Assembly: GCA_963772365.1 (NCBI GenBank)
Contig: CAVYXA010000004.1
Location: forward strand, 96,001 to 160,000
Direction of reading: 5' to 3'
From: an uncultured Verrucomicrobiae bacterium
GTDB taxonomy: Bacteria > Verrucomicrobiota > Verrucomicrobiia > Chthoniobacterales > UBA10450
Length of the DNA stretch: 64,000 nucleotides
The notes below the pieces were generated by a model. It worked only from the letters and a program-made list of their open reading frames with translations. It was not told the origin of the DNA and did not search any database. Made by a program: the position numbers and the translations under genes. Positions 28,979 to 38,370 of this stretch are shown piece after piece; within the stretch, counting starts at the first letter, position 1; each line of letters starts with the position of its first letter.

Positions 28979-29773
28979 ATGCCTGAGCTGGCCGAAGTCG
29001 AGTGGTTTCGCAAACAATGGGATCCCGGCCGTGGCGCTGCCATTGTCGATGTTAGTGTACACACCGGCAAATATGTTTTCCGTGGCACCAATACGCGCGC
29101 GATTCAGAAAAATCTGATCGATCAAACACTCCTAAGATCGACAAGGCGCGGGAAACAGATGCTGTTCGAATTTACCGGCAACAACTGGCTCGGCGTCCAT
29201 CTGGGGATGACGGGAAAAACGCATGTCGAGCAGCGAGACTTTTGTCCGGCCAAACACGATCATCTTGTGTTGTATCAACAACAACGCGCGATCGTCTTCA
29301 CCGATCCACGGCAGCTCGGGCATGTTCGGTTTCATCATGGAACCGCTCAGCCCGATTGGTGGAAACGCAGTGCTCCGGAGATCGACTCGCGCGAGTTCGA
29401 TCAAGAATTCCTCGATCAATTTTTAGATCGACATCGCCAGGCGCCGATCAAGGCCGTGCTTCTGATGCAAAACGGCTTTCCGGGTATTGGCAACTGGATG
29501 GCAGACGAAATTCTCTGGCGAGCAAAGATTCTGCCATCAAAGCGAGGTGCGAAACTGACTGCGCGGGAACGGACCGCGATTTTTCGCGCGGCAAAATTCG
29601 TGGTTCGCCGCTCGTTGAAAACGCTCGGCAAAGATTTCTCTGATCCGCCAAGCGGCTGGCTCATTCACGAAAAATGGAAACGCAAGGGAATCTGCCCAAA
29701 ACATCGCACCCTATTACACCACGCCACATTCGGTGGGCGCACAACGGCTTGGTGCCCGAAGTGTCAGAAGTAG
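28979..29773 (+). CDS. Fpg/Nei family DNA glycosylase/AP lyase
   Basis: N-terminal MPELAEVE, HLGMTG, H2TH GIGNWMADEILW, C-terminal zinc finger. Confidence 0.93.
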   Translation: MPELAEVEWFRKQWDPGRGAAIVDVSVHTGKYVFRGTNTRAIQKNLIDQTLLRSTRRGKQMLFEFTGNNWLGVHLGMTGKTHVEQRDFCPAKHDHLVLYQQQRAIVFTDPRQLGHVRFHHGTAQPDWWKRSAPEIDSREFDQEFLDQFLDRHRQAPIKAVLLMQNGFPGIGNWMADEILWRAKILPSKRGAKLTARERTAIFRAAKFVVRRSLKTLGKDFSDPPSGWLIHEKWKRKGICPKHRTLLHHATFGGRTTAWCPKCQK

Positions 29774-29800
29774 ACCGGAAGGCACGTTCGACGGTTGGAT

Positions 29801-31357
29801 CTAGGCCATTATGTGAACGACGATCTTGTGAAATCCGGTCACACCTGAGAATGGGCTTCGATCGGGATCCCACTTCTGGACTGTGCCGTTACCGTCAGTG
29901 GCACGCAGAACCAATGTGTAATCGCTCGGTTGTTCCGGCGTCCAATTCACTCTCCAAAGCGACCACGCAAGATTGCCGCCGTTGTAATAAATTTCCGCGT
30001 CACGCCAGGTTTTGCCGTCATCGAAGCTTAGCTCGACGCGCGAGACGCCGCGGTCGCCGCCGTAGGCCATGCCTCTGACTTCGATCTGACTCTGTTTCGC
30101 GAGCGAGAACCATGATTCGTGATACGGGACGTCGATTCTCGATCGTATCGGCACGATGAAATCGGGACCCCAACCTTGTTTCTCGTAAAAGCCTTTTGCG
30201 TCCGAGGTCGTCAGCTCGATCCGCGTAAGCCATTTCACATGTTTTTCTCCAAAGTAGCCGGGAACAATTACTCGCAGCGGATACCCATGTCGGTCCGGCA
30301 AAGGCGCACCGTTCATTTCGAAAGCCAGCAAAGTGGTCGGCAACATCGCTTTTTCGAGAGGAATTGTATCGGTGTAATTATCGACGGCGTGAAAACGCAC
30401 GCGGGCGGCATCCGGCGAAGGCTTGGCCGATTCCAAAAAATCCCGCAACCGGAAACCTTTCCAATGCGCGTTGCTGATCAATCCGGCATCGATGCCATTG
30501 CTGATGCACATGAGAGTGGTTTCCTGTTCGACAGCAGGAATATCTTTTAGGTGATCGAATCGATACGCCATCCGGTTTTGCACCAGGCCGGTAATTTCCA
30601 ACGTCCACAGATCAATTTTCACCCGGGGATCGACCACGTTCTTGGTCACGCAATAAAACTGATCGTTAGGCGTGATCGGCTGAACAGTCGGTCCTTTGTA
30701 TTGCGTGCCGTCGTAACTAAAAGTGGCTGCGCGCCAAAGTTTCCGGCCCAGGGCGATGCTGCCGCCTGCCAGCGCGAGGCCAACCCCGCTTAACACAAAC
30801 GCACGGCGTCCGATGGCAGGACTAAATTCGCTTCTCCGTGTAACCGCGGGCGCCGACCGTGGCTGAACCAAAAATTGAAACCCGAAAACCAGCGCACGCT
30901 CGAACACTAGAACACACAACGCAAAGCCCACGAGTGTGATCCATCGCGCGGCCTCGATCGGCAATCCACGATAATTGGTCCCGAGCACCGGCCAGAGTAC
31001 AATCCCCATGGCGATGATCGGCAGCGCGATGAAGATCGACATTGTCCAGAGCGTCGCCCGCCGCTCGGGTTGGCGTCGCATCAATAATCCAAAAAGCCCG
31101 CCGCCGATGGCGCCGACAATCAGCTGGCCAGCGATTGTCGATCCTACTCCGATCTGTTTGAGGTGATTGTATCCGCCCACTTTTCCCATGAGCGACAGAA
31201 ACGGCCCCGGAGAAATGAAAACCGAAAGCCGATCGCCAATTATGAAGAGCGGCGTCGCAACTCCGAACACTGCCAGCAATAGCATCATCAGCGTCATCGC
31301 GATCGCAGCCACCAGACCAGCGAGCAACCCCGCGAAGCAAGCTTTCGACGCGCTCAT
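29801..31357 (-). CDS. Sulfite oxidase family molybdopterin oxidoreductase with N-terminal membrane domain
   Basis: TLMCISN, HGYPLRVIVPGYFGEKHVKWL, Mo-co dimerisation domain VELSFDDGKTW. Confidence 0.9.
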   Translation of the reverse strand: MSASKACFAGLLAGLVAAIAMTLMMLLLAVFGVATPLFIIGDRLSVFISPGPFLSLMGKVGGYNHLKQIGVGSTIAGQLIVGAIGGGLFGLLMRRQPERRATLWTMSIFIALPIIAMGIVLWPVLGTNYRGLPIEAARWITLVGFALCVLVFERALVFGFQFLVQPRSAPAVTRRSEFSPAIGRRAFVLSGVGLALAGGSIALGRKLWRAATFSYDGTQYKGPTVQPITPNDQFYCVTKNVVDPRVKIDLWTLEITGLVQNRMAYRFDHLKDIPAVEQETTLMCISNGIDAGLISNAHWKGFRLRDFLESAKPSPDAARVRFHAVDNYTDTIPLEKAMLPTTLLAFEMNGAPLPDRHGYPLRVIVPGYFGEKHVKWLTRIELTTSDAKGFYEKQGWGPDFIVPIRSRIDVPYHESWFSLAKQSQIEVRGMAYGGDRGVSRVELSFDDGKTWRDAEIYYNGGNLAWSLWRVNWTPEQPSDYTLVLRATDGNGTVQKWDPDRSPFSGVTGFHKIVVHIMA

Positions 31358-31492
31358 TGATTGTCGATATTACAAGTGCGCGCGCGGAATGGAATAGAGA
31401 GTTTCTCGCCACGAAATAATGAAGGACGAGATCCGAAACTCGAATCAACGACAAATCAGAATGACGGCACCGTGTTGCTTTTTCGCGTCAGC

Positions 31493-31578
31493 TTTGGAGT
31501 GCGCACGCGTCCTCGCGTCGCTTTGAACGCGCCAATCACCTCCAGAAAAGCGATGCGAAGACGCCTCGCACTCCGAAA
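31493..31578. repeat. TTGGAGTGCG-type palindromic repeat
   Basis: tttggagtgcg..gtcctcgcgtcgcttt ... aaagcgatgcgaagac..cgcactccgaaa. Confidence 0.7.
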
Positions 31579-31651
31579 GGACTTCGTCCGAAATGGTCGA
31601 AGCCGTCCGCGCGGGAAGACCACCAGATAGAAGAGGCATGCCGATCTTGAG

Positions 31652-31743
31652 CACAGATTAACACGGATCGAAAGCAGAGTCTCGGCTCACTTTGATTTCG
31701 AAAATCCGTGTTCATCGGTGTTCATCCGTGTCCATCCGTGGCT
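31652..31743. repeat. ACACGGAT-unit palindromic repeat; second copy at 57862-57930
   Basis: cacagattaacacggat ... atccgtgttcatcggtgttcatccgtgtccatccgtgg; 10-bp subunits. Confidence 0.75.
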
Positions 31744-32431
31744 TCGTTTTCAAGGCAAGTCGAATCAGCGTCGCTATGATGCGCGTGCCGGCGACGAGCG
31801 TGCCGCGCAATGTGCCGGAAACCTTCGATTGCCCTCCAGTCCGCCGCCGGTGATTGACCGGAATTTCCAAAATGCGCAAACCAGCACGCGCAGCCTTCAT
31901 CTGCATCTCCAAATTCCAACCGTAGGTTTGCTCGCGCATCCCAAGTTTCTCCAGCGCATCCCGTCGAATCGCTCGAAAAGGACACATGTCAGTGTAACGG
32001 ACGTTGTACAAGATCGACATCAACCATCCGGCAAGTCGTCCGGAAAAGAGTTGCTGAAAATTCATGCTGCCGGTTTCACGTTGGCCGCGCGTTCGCGAAC
32101 CGATCACGAAATCATGTGTGCCGGCGATGACAGGATCGACAAGCTTCTTCAGGAATTCCGGGCAATCACTTCCATCTCCATCGAGGAAAACGATGATGTC
32201 GCACTCCGGATGCACGGCAGCCACTCCCGCGGCGCAGGCGCGACCATATCCGCGCGGCGCGGTCACGACGCGGGCGCCAGCTTCGTGCGCTCGCTCGGTT
32301 GTCCGATCCGTGCTGCCATTATCAATGACGATGATCTCGTTCGGAATTCCGGTTCTTGCGACATTGCGCACGACGTTCGCGATCGGTTCTTCTTCGTTTA
32401 ATGCCGGAATGACAACTGAGACGTTATTCAT
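31712..32431 (-). CDS. GT2 glycosyltransferase
   Basis: VVIPALNEE, RGYGRAC, FLDGDGSD, TYGWNLEMQ. Confidence 0.92.
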   Translation of the reverse strand: MNNVSVVIPALNEEEPIANVVRNVARTGIPNEIIVIDNGSTDRTTERAHEAGARVVTAPRGYGRACAAGVAAVHPECDIIVFLDGDGSDCPEFLKKLVDPVIAGTHDFVIGSRTRGQRETGSMNFQQLFSGRLAGWLMSILYNVRYTDMCPFRAIRRDALEKLGMREQTYGWNLEMQMKAARAGLRILEIPVNHRRRTGGQSKVSGTLRGTLVAGTRIIATLIRLALKTKPRMDTDEHR

Positions 32432-33441
32432 CGTAGCACCAGCCACGCCGTCGTGAAATAAACGATGAGCGCTAAAATATCGGCCAGGGCGAGCGTCACC
32501 GGACCGGCGGCGATCTTGGGATCAAGCTTAAGCCGATGCAGCAACGAGGGTACGCTCAGTCCGATCAATGAGGAATTGATTAGCGACAAAGCGATGCTGC
32601 CGCCAATGACAAACGCGCCTCGCGCTTCGCCACGCCAGAACCAAACGATTGCGCCAGCCAGTGTCCCGCACCCGCAGCCGAGCAGCGCTGCGGCGGGAAA
32701 CTCCCGGCGCAATGCATTCACGAACCACGGCCATGTCACCGGAATAGAACGCAATGCCTGAATTGTCAGACTCATCGATTGTGTGCTAACGCTTTCGTTA
32801 AGCCCGAGCACGAGGGTGAGGAAAAATGCCAACACCAGACTGCGAGCGAGGGTTAGTTCAAATGCGCCGGCTAGCAGCGCGCAGATTGTGCCGGCAGTGA
32901 CGGTGACGAGCAGCCAGCGAAATCGATATCGAAATGCTCGGACTGGAGAAGCGGTCCGGACCTGCTCGATGTGAAACCCGAGCGCCTCAAAAATATCATC
33001 GCGTGCGCCGCTGATAGGAATCGATTGTTCCTTCTCATCGGTCTGAAGGATTTCTTCAGCAAACAGGTTCACATCAATGACACCCACTACACGCTTGTTG
33101 TCGTCCACTACCGGAAAGGCAAAGAATTTGTAGAGCACGAAAAACTCGCAGGCATCTAGCACGGTGGCCCGTGCGGGAATGGCGACGACGCGTGGCACCA
33201 TTATTTCGCGGAGAGGGGCATCGACAGGCGCTGTCAGAAGCCGCCGCGTCGGCAACACTCCCACGAGGCGCTGATCGTCATTCACTGCATAAAAATAAAT
33301 GACGCGTTCGCCAACGCCTTCACGACGGATCTGCTCGAGCGCTTGAGCCACGCTCATGCCGACGTTCAGCAGAGGAAAATCTTTCCGCGCGTGCTCAATC
33401 ACCGGCGAGTTCAAGTCGGGAATGCCGGTCGCTTCAGGCAT
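32428..33441 (-). CDS. mgtE: MgtE-family magnesium transporter (CBS pair plus membrane domain, no N-domain)
   Basis: CBS motifs; DPKIAAGPVTLALAD. Confidence 0.85.
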   Translation of the reverse strand: MPEATGIPDLNSPVIEHARKDFPLLNVGMSVAQALEQIRREGVGERVIYFYAVNDDQRLVGVLPTRRLLTAPVDAPLREIMVPRVVAIPARATVLDACEFFVLYKFFAFPVVDDNKRVVGVIDVNLFAEEILQTDEKEQSIPISGARDDIFEALGFHIEQVRTASPVRAFRYRFRWLLVTVTAGTICALLAGAFELTLARSLVLAFFLTLVLGLNESVSTQSMSLTIQALRSIPVTWPWFVNALRREFPAAALLGCGCGTLAGAIVWFWRGEARGAFVIGGSIALSLINSSLIGLSVPSLLHRLKLDPKIAAGPVTLALADILALIVYFTTAWLVLR

Positions 33442-33529
33442 GCCTACCTCTAACCGATTCGCCTCGCCTTTTCGCTGCAAAAATTCGGCTCAATCAACAG
33501 CGAACCCCTCTGGAACAAAGCAGATACGA

Positions 33530-34660
33530 TTATCCGCGCCGAATTTCAGCTCGGTTCACAATTTTCTTATTCCTCAAAATGTCCGCGGCTTCGCTGAAGT
33601 AGTCGCGAATGTCGGATTGACTGTGGATCCAGCCAATGTAGCGCTCGATTCCTTCGGCAAGATCGACAGTCGATTTGTAACCGGCTGCGCGCGCGAGAGT
33701 CGTGTCGCTGGTGAGATGGCGCATTTCGCCGGGACGGAATTCGCCATTGATTTGCGGTGCGATGTCAATCTTGAGCGCGCTCGAAATTTGCTCGGCGATT
33801 TCACGAATGGCAATACCGCGGCCACTGCCGATGTTCACGGCCAATCCGTCGAAGTTGTTGCTCTCGGCTGCGAACAGATTGGCCCGAGCAATATCTTCTA
33901 CAAATGAGAAATCGCGGGTCTGTTCGCCGTCCTCGTAAAGCACGGGTGGCAGATTGTTCAGCAGACGGGTGCAGAAAATCGCAATCACGCCGGTATAGGG
34001 ATTAAAGATCGATTGGCGCGGTCCATAAGTGCAGGAATACCGCAAGGCGACCGTTGGAATGCCGATCTGTTTTCCCCAAAGAAGAACCAGCCGTTCCTGA
34101 TCCACCTTCGTCAAACCATAAACAGTCTCACCGCCGACTGGAGCATTCTCCGGAGTGGGCACACTTTTTGTCACCGCGTCGCAGAGCGGACAATGGACCT
34201 GCCAGTCGCCTCTCTGAAGCTGCTCAATAGGCCGAACGTTTGGAAACACGACTCCATGCTTCGGACATTCACCGGCGCCTTCGCTGTAAACGGCTTGCGA
34301 GCTGGCAACTACGATTTTCTGAATCGGTAAATTTTTCTCGCGAATCACCTCCAGCATCTGCGCCGTGCCGAAGCTATTGACATGAACAAACTTGGCGATC
34401 TCGGGCATGTAACCGCCGTAGGCGGCCTCGTGGAATACGACATCGATCTTATCAAGCGCTGCCGAGATCGTATCGCGGTCACGCACATCACCTTGGAAGA
34501 ACTCCGCTTCGTTGTTAATCCACGCTGGTTTCCCGCGGCGATGCGTTTGAGGCTCGAGATTATCCAGCACGCGGACCTTCCAACCTTCACGAACGAGAAG
34601 ATCGACAATATGTGAACCGATCAGGCCCGCTCCGCCGGTGACGAGCGCTCGTCTTGCCAT
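33530..34660 (-). CDS. NAD-dependent epimerase/dehydratase
   Basis: TGGAGLIG, YGLTK, NPYTGVIAIF. Confidence 0.92.
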   Translation of the reverse strand: MARRALVTGGAGLIGSHIVDLLVREGWKVRVLDNLEPQTHRRGKPAWINNEAEFFQGDVRDRDTISAALDKIDVVFHEAAYGGYMPEIAKFVHVNSFGTAQMLEVIREKNLPIQKIVVASSQAVYSEGAGECPKHGVVFPNVRPIEQLQRGDWQVHCPLCDAVTKSVPTPENAPVGGETVYGLTKVDQERLVLLWGKQIGIPTVALRYSCTYGPRQSIFNPYTGVIAIFCTRLLNNLPPVLYEDGEQTRDFSFVEDIARANLFAAESNNFDGLAVNIGSGRGIAIREIAEQISSALKIDIAPQINGEFRPGEMRHLTSDTTLARAAGYKSTVDLAEGIERYIGWIHSQSDIRDYFSEAADILRNKKIVNRAEIRRG

Positions 34661-34698
34661 GATTCCCCTGTAGCGGCGTTCTGCGACCGCCGCAAACC

Positions 34699-35421
34699 TC
34701 ACAGCGAGCCTAAAAACTCACGCGTGTGCGGCGCAACATCCATGCCTGCGTGCGGGCCAAAAAGGTCGTGTCTCAATCGCTGCAGCCCAATGCGATCATC
34801 GACGTCGTACCCAGGCGGCAGAGTGTGAATCTTAAGCCCGATCTCCTTGGCGCGTTGCGTCGTCTGTTTAAACACCCGCTCGGTGCTCCAGTCGATCTCA
34901 TCAAAAAGACGCCGTCGTAGCTGCTTCATCCCAATCAAATAGTATCCGCCATCGTCTGCCGGCCCAACCACGATCCGGTCGTCGCGCTTGTTGAGCGAAG
35001 TCACGGCCTCTTCAAAACTGGACGGCGGCACCGTCGGGCTATCGGAATTAATCAGGCAAACGGAGATAAAACCGGCCGCAAAAAGATCTTCGGCCGCAAA
35101 CAGGAGCCGATCCCGGAAGTTTTCGCCGCGTTGTGGGATCAAAAGAAAATCCCTCGGTAGAAGGTTTCGATACAGCGCCTCAGAACCGGGAGGAGTGTAA
35201 ATTCCAACTCCCCGAGCAGAGCCATTTTGCGAGGAACGCAGCTTGTGGCAACAGACGGCAATGGATGCGCCGATGTCACGCAAGAAGCATGCGTTTAACT
35301 TTGCTGCCTGCTCAGGTGTCAGTGGCGGCACCAAGCGCGTTTTTACAGCTCCCGGATACGGAGCTTTGGTCATGATGCCCAGGGCACAAGACTTTCGCAG
35401 AGAATCTGGCGTTGCTATCAC
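34699..35421 (-). CDS. DUF2064 / glycosyltransferase-like protein (CofC-related fold)
   Basis: KAPYPGAVKTRL, QRGENF, NSDSPT, GPADDGGYYLIG, YDVDD. Confidence 0.88.
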   Translation of the reverse strand: MIATPDSLRKSCALGIMTKAPYPGAVKTRLVPPLTPEQAAKLNACFLRDIGASIAVCCHKLRSSQNGSARGVGIYTPPGSEALYRNLLPRDFLLIPQRGENFRDRLLFAAEDLFAAGFISVCLINSDSPTVPPSSFEEAVTSLNKRDDRIVVGPADDGGYYLIGMKQLRRRLFDEIDWSTERVFKQTTQRAKEIGLKIHTLPPGYDVDDRIGLQRLRHDLFGPHAGMDVAPHTREFLGSL

Positions 35422-36182
35422 GAGTTGTTGGTTGGGCAGATATACTAAAGTATTTTGGGCAGCAAAAAGTTCTTCATCTTCAGCCAGCGAATAAGTTCAA
35501 AGGCTATCGAATGTGTGATGCGAGACCGGCTGTAAAAGGTGTGTTAAAAACCGTGCCAAAAAGTTGGTGGAATAATCCCTTATTAGTCCGGGACCAAAGT
35601 TATTCGGATTTATGGAAAGTTGTTCGCGTATTACTCTGCAATTGATTAACACGGGAGCATGAAAAAGTGCCTACTGCTTGACGTGATCAAAATTCCTTCC
35701 GGCGCATTCGTCGCCATGCGTACGGATTGGTCGAAGCGCTGGCCGGATGCGGCAAAAATGGAGAACATGGACGCCTTGGGTGTCGCCCATTATCCCGGCT
35801 GGAGTCTTGCCGGTCCTGAAGTTCCTTTACGAGCAGCGCAGAATAACAGCATCCGGGCACGAAACGACGGATACGGGATCCAGGCGTGGCCCCACAACAA
35901 AGGAGGATTATTCTCTGGAGAGATACATTTTGAATACGGACCGTTATCAAATTGAGCTGTTGGCCAAATCTGGACCAGGTGCCGGAAGCGGGAGCGATTG
36001 CGATCATCAGTTTTCCAAAACTGAAGGGCGGCTCCGGCTTTCCAGCTCGGATTTTTGCGATCTTGCCTTAGCTCCTTGTCAGTTGTAGCTAAGTTTTTAG
36101 CACGTTGGGCAGCGCGTTTCGAGGCCGGAAATGCTGGTTAGTTGACCGAAAGTCCCGGTTGGCGCGAAGATAAGTTCGAATC

Positions 36183-37142
36183 ATGCACATTACCGAGATC
36201 ATGCGGCGAGATTCGCCTACGTTTTCATTCGAGTTTTTCCCACCTAAAACTCGCGAGGCGGCCGAGAAGCTCTACCAAACGATCCGCGATCTCGAATCGT
36301 ACATGCCGGATTTTGTGAGCGTGACTTATGGGGCGGGAGGATCGACAAGGGATTTGACGCACGATTTGGTCGAGCGGATCCAAAATACGACCAAGCTCGA
36401 CCCCATCCCGCATCTTACGTGTATTTGCCACAACGAAGGAGAGATTCGATCGATTTTGGAGCGCTACGCGAAGTCGGGAATTGGAAACATTCTAGCGTTG
36501 GGAGGCGATCGGCCGCGGGACCTGGCTTATGATACGTCACGCGACGCATTTCGGCATGCGATCGACTTGGTACAATTCATCCGCCGCTTCAATGAGTCAG
36601 GTTTACACGCTGACCGACGCGGCTTCGGCATCGGCGTGGCCGGGTTTCCGGAAGGTCATCCCGCAACGCCAAATCGGCTCGTGGAAATGGACTATTTCAA
36701 AGCAAAGATAGAGGCTGGGGCCGACTATGTGGTGACGCAATTGTTCTTCGACAATCGGGATTTCGACGATTTCCGAGAGCGTTGCGCACTGGCCGGGATT
36801 CACGTTCCAATCATCGCCGGGATCATGCCGATTACGTCAATGAGCGGGTTAAAACGAATCGCCGAACTCGCTGCGGGGTCGCGTTTTCCAGCCAAGTTGC
36901 TACGAGCATTGCAACGCTGCGAGAACGATCCAGATATGGTCAAGCGGGTGGGTGTTCACTTTGCGCTGGAGCAATGTCATGATCTGCTTGATAACCAAGT
37001 GGCCGGAATTCATTTTTATACGTTGAATCGATCCGACGCTACGCGCGTAATCTTCGATAGCCTGGGCATCCCGCGCCGACAGAGAAGCCAATTCGACCCT
37101 AGTGATCCTAATACCAGGGTCGTGGGGGGAGCCTCTCGTTAG
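36183..37142 (+). CDS. metF: Methylenetetrahydrofolate reductase
   Basis: FSFEFFPPK, VSVTYGAGGS, TQLFFDN, GIHFYTLN. Confidence 0.96.
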   Translation: MHITEIMRRDSPTFSFEFFPPKTREAAEKLYQTIRDLESYMPDFVSVTYGAGGSTRDLTHDLVERIQNTTKLDPIPHLTCICHNEGEIRSILERYAKSGIGNILALGGDRPRDLAYDTSRDAFRHAIDLVQFIRRFNESGLHADRRGFGIGVAGFPEGHPATPNRLVEMDYFKAKIEAGADYVVTQLFFDNRDFDDFRERCALAGIHVPIIAGIMPITSMSGLKRIAELAAGSRFPAKLLRALQRCENDPDMVKRVGVHFALEQCHDLLDNQVAGIHFYTLNRSDATRVIFDSLGIPRRQRSQFDPSDPNTRVVGGASR

Positions 37143-37207
37143 GCTGCTTGTTCACTACGCGGCTCACATTTGCGCAAAGCCGCTGACGCGCGCACACTCT
37201 CGTAATT

Positions 37208-37963
37208 TTGAAAGTCAGGCGCGCAATTTACTCGCAGATCGCGTTGCTGATCGGCGCAATCGTCCTCTTTTCGATCATAGCACGTTTTTTTCCGGTAATT
37301 GATTTCCTTCCAAATATCCAAACGCGTGTAATCAGCTGGGGAATCTGGGGCGCCGTCTGTTATCCGTTAATGTTTGCGGCATGCAACGTCCTGTTGCTGC
37401 CGGGAGGGATCCTTGCAGCCGGTGGCGGTTTCTTTTTTGGATTATGGTGGGGATTTCTACTCGTGTTCTCCGGTAACGTCATCGCTACGACAATTTCATT
37501 TGCGCTGAGCCGAGGAGTAGCGAATCGCTGGGTTTGGCACAAAATTTCGAGCCACAAAATATTGCGCGCGCTACAGCCCGCTGTGGAACGCGAAGGTTGG
37601 AAACTAATCTTGTTGAGCCAATTGCATCCGCTGTTTCCGACAAGTCTGTTAAATTATCTCTATGGTCTAACGACAATTCGCTTCGTCAGCTATCTGCTGT
37701 GGGCATCAATCGGACGCGTGCCTGGTTTGTTTCTTTACGTTTATGTCGGCACGCTTGGTCAGTACGGACTCAGGATTGTGCGGGGCGTCCATCACCCAAA
37801 GGTGATTGATTATTGGACTTGGGGCGGAGCGTTTGTTATTACTCTAGTTCTCCTCATACTTCTAGCCCGAGTGATTGAACCGGCCGTAAGAAAAGCTGAG
37901 GCAGCCAACGGATCAGAAACCCAGAATCGGCAAGATATTCCGTATACATCTCAACTTAAATAG
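37208..37963 (+). CDS. TVP38/TMEM64 (VTT/DedA) membrane protein
   Basis: GGFFFGLWWG, PLFPTSLLNYLYG. Confidence 0.85.
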   Translation: MKVRRAIYSQIALLIGAIVLFSIIARFFPVIDFLPNIQTRVISWGIWGAVCYPLMFAACNVLLLPGGILAAGGGFFFGLWWGFLLVFSGNVIATTISFALSRGVANRWVWHKISSHKILRALQPAVEREGWKLILLSQLHPLFPTSLLNYLYGLTTIRFVSYLLWASIGRVPGLFLYVYVGTLGQYGLRIVRGVHHPKVIDYWTWGGAFVITLVLLILLARVIEPAVRKAEAANGSETQNRQDIPYTSQLK

Positions 37964-37974
37964 CTCAGCTATAT

Positions 37975-38370
37975 ATGGTTATCGATTACGCATCCCTTCT
38001 GGAATCCCCCCGGCAAGCGCGGGAACACGCTTACGCGCCGTATTCACATTTTAGGGTCGGAGCTGCGCTATTGACCCGCTGGGGGAAGGTATTTACGGGC
38101 TGCAACATTGAAAATATATCGCTTGGCCTGACGATTTGTGCCGAACGATCAGCTGTTTCGGCAGCTATTGGTGGCGGAGCACGCGAATTTTCGGCGATCG
38201 GACTCGTAACTAATTTCTCACGACCTGTCTTTCCTTGCGGAGCCTGCCGACAAGTGTTAGCGGAATTTACTCCTGGAATGGCAGTGATTTCAGCGACGGT
38301 CGGAGGGCGGATCGAGAACCGACCGCTCTCAGAGTTGCTTCTATGTGCGATCAAAAACCTGAATGTATAA
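37975..38370 (+). CDS. cdd: Cytidine deaminase (tetrameric, three-Cys type)
   Basis: [26 protein letters not shown]. Confidence 0.95.
   Translation: MVIDYASLLESPRQAREHAYAPYSHFRVGAALLTRWGKVFTGCNIENISLGLTICAERSAVSAAIGGGAREFSAIGLVTNFSRPVFPCGACRQVLAEFTPGMAVISATVGGRIENRPLSELLLCAIKNLNV

Noticed and set aside
35659..36088. ORFs 35659..35955, 35747..36088 and 35687..36007 as genes
   Set aside because: Mutually overlapping with no recognisable motif; cannot choose one or support any
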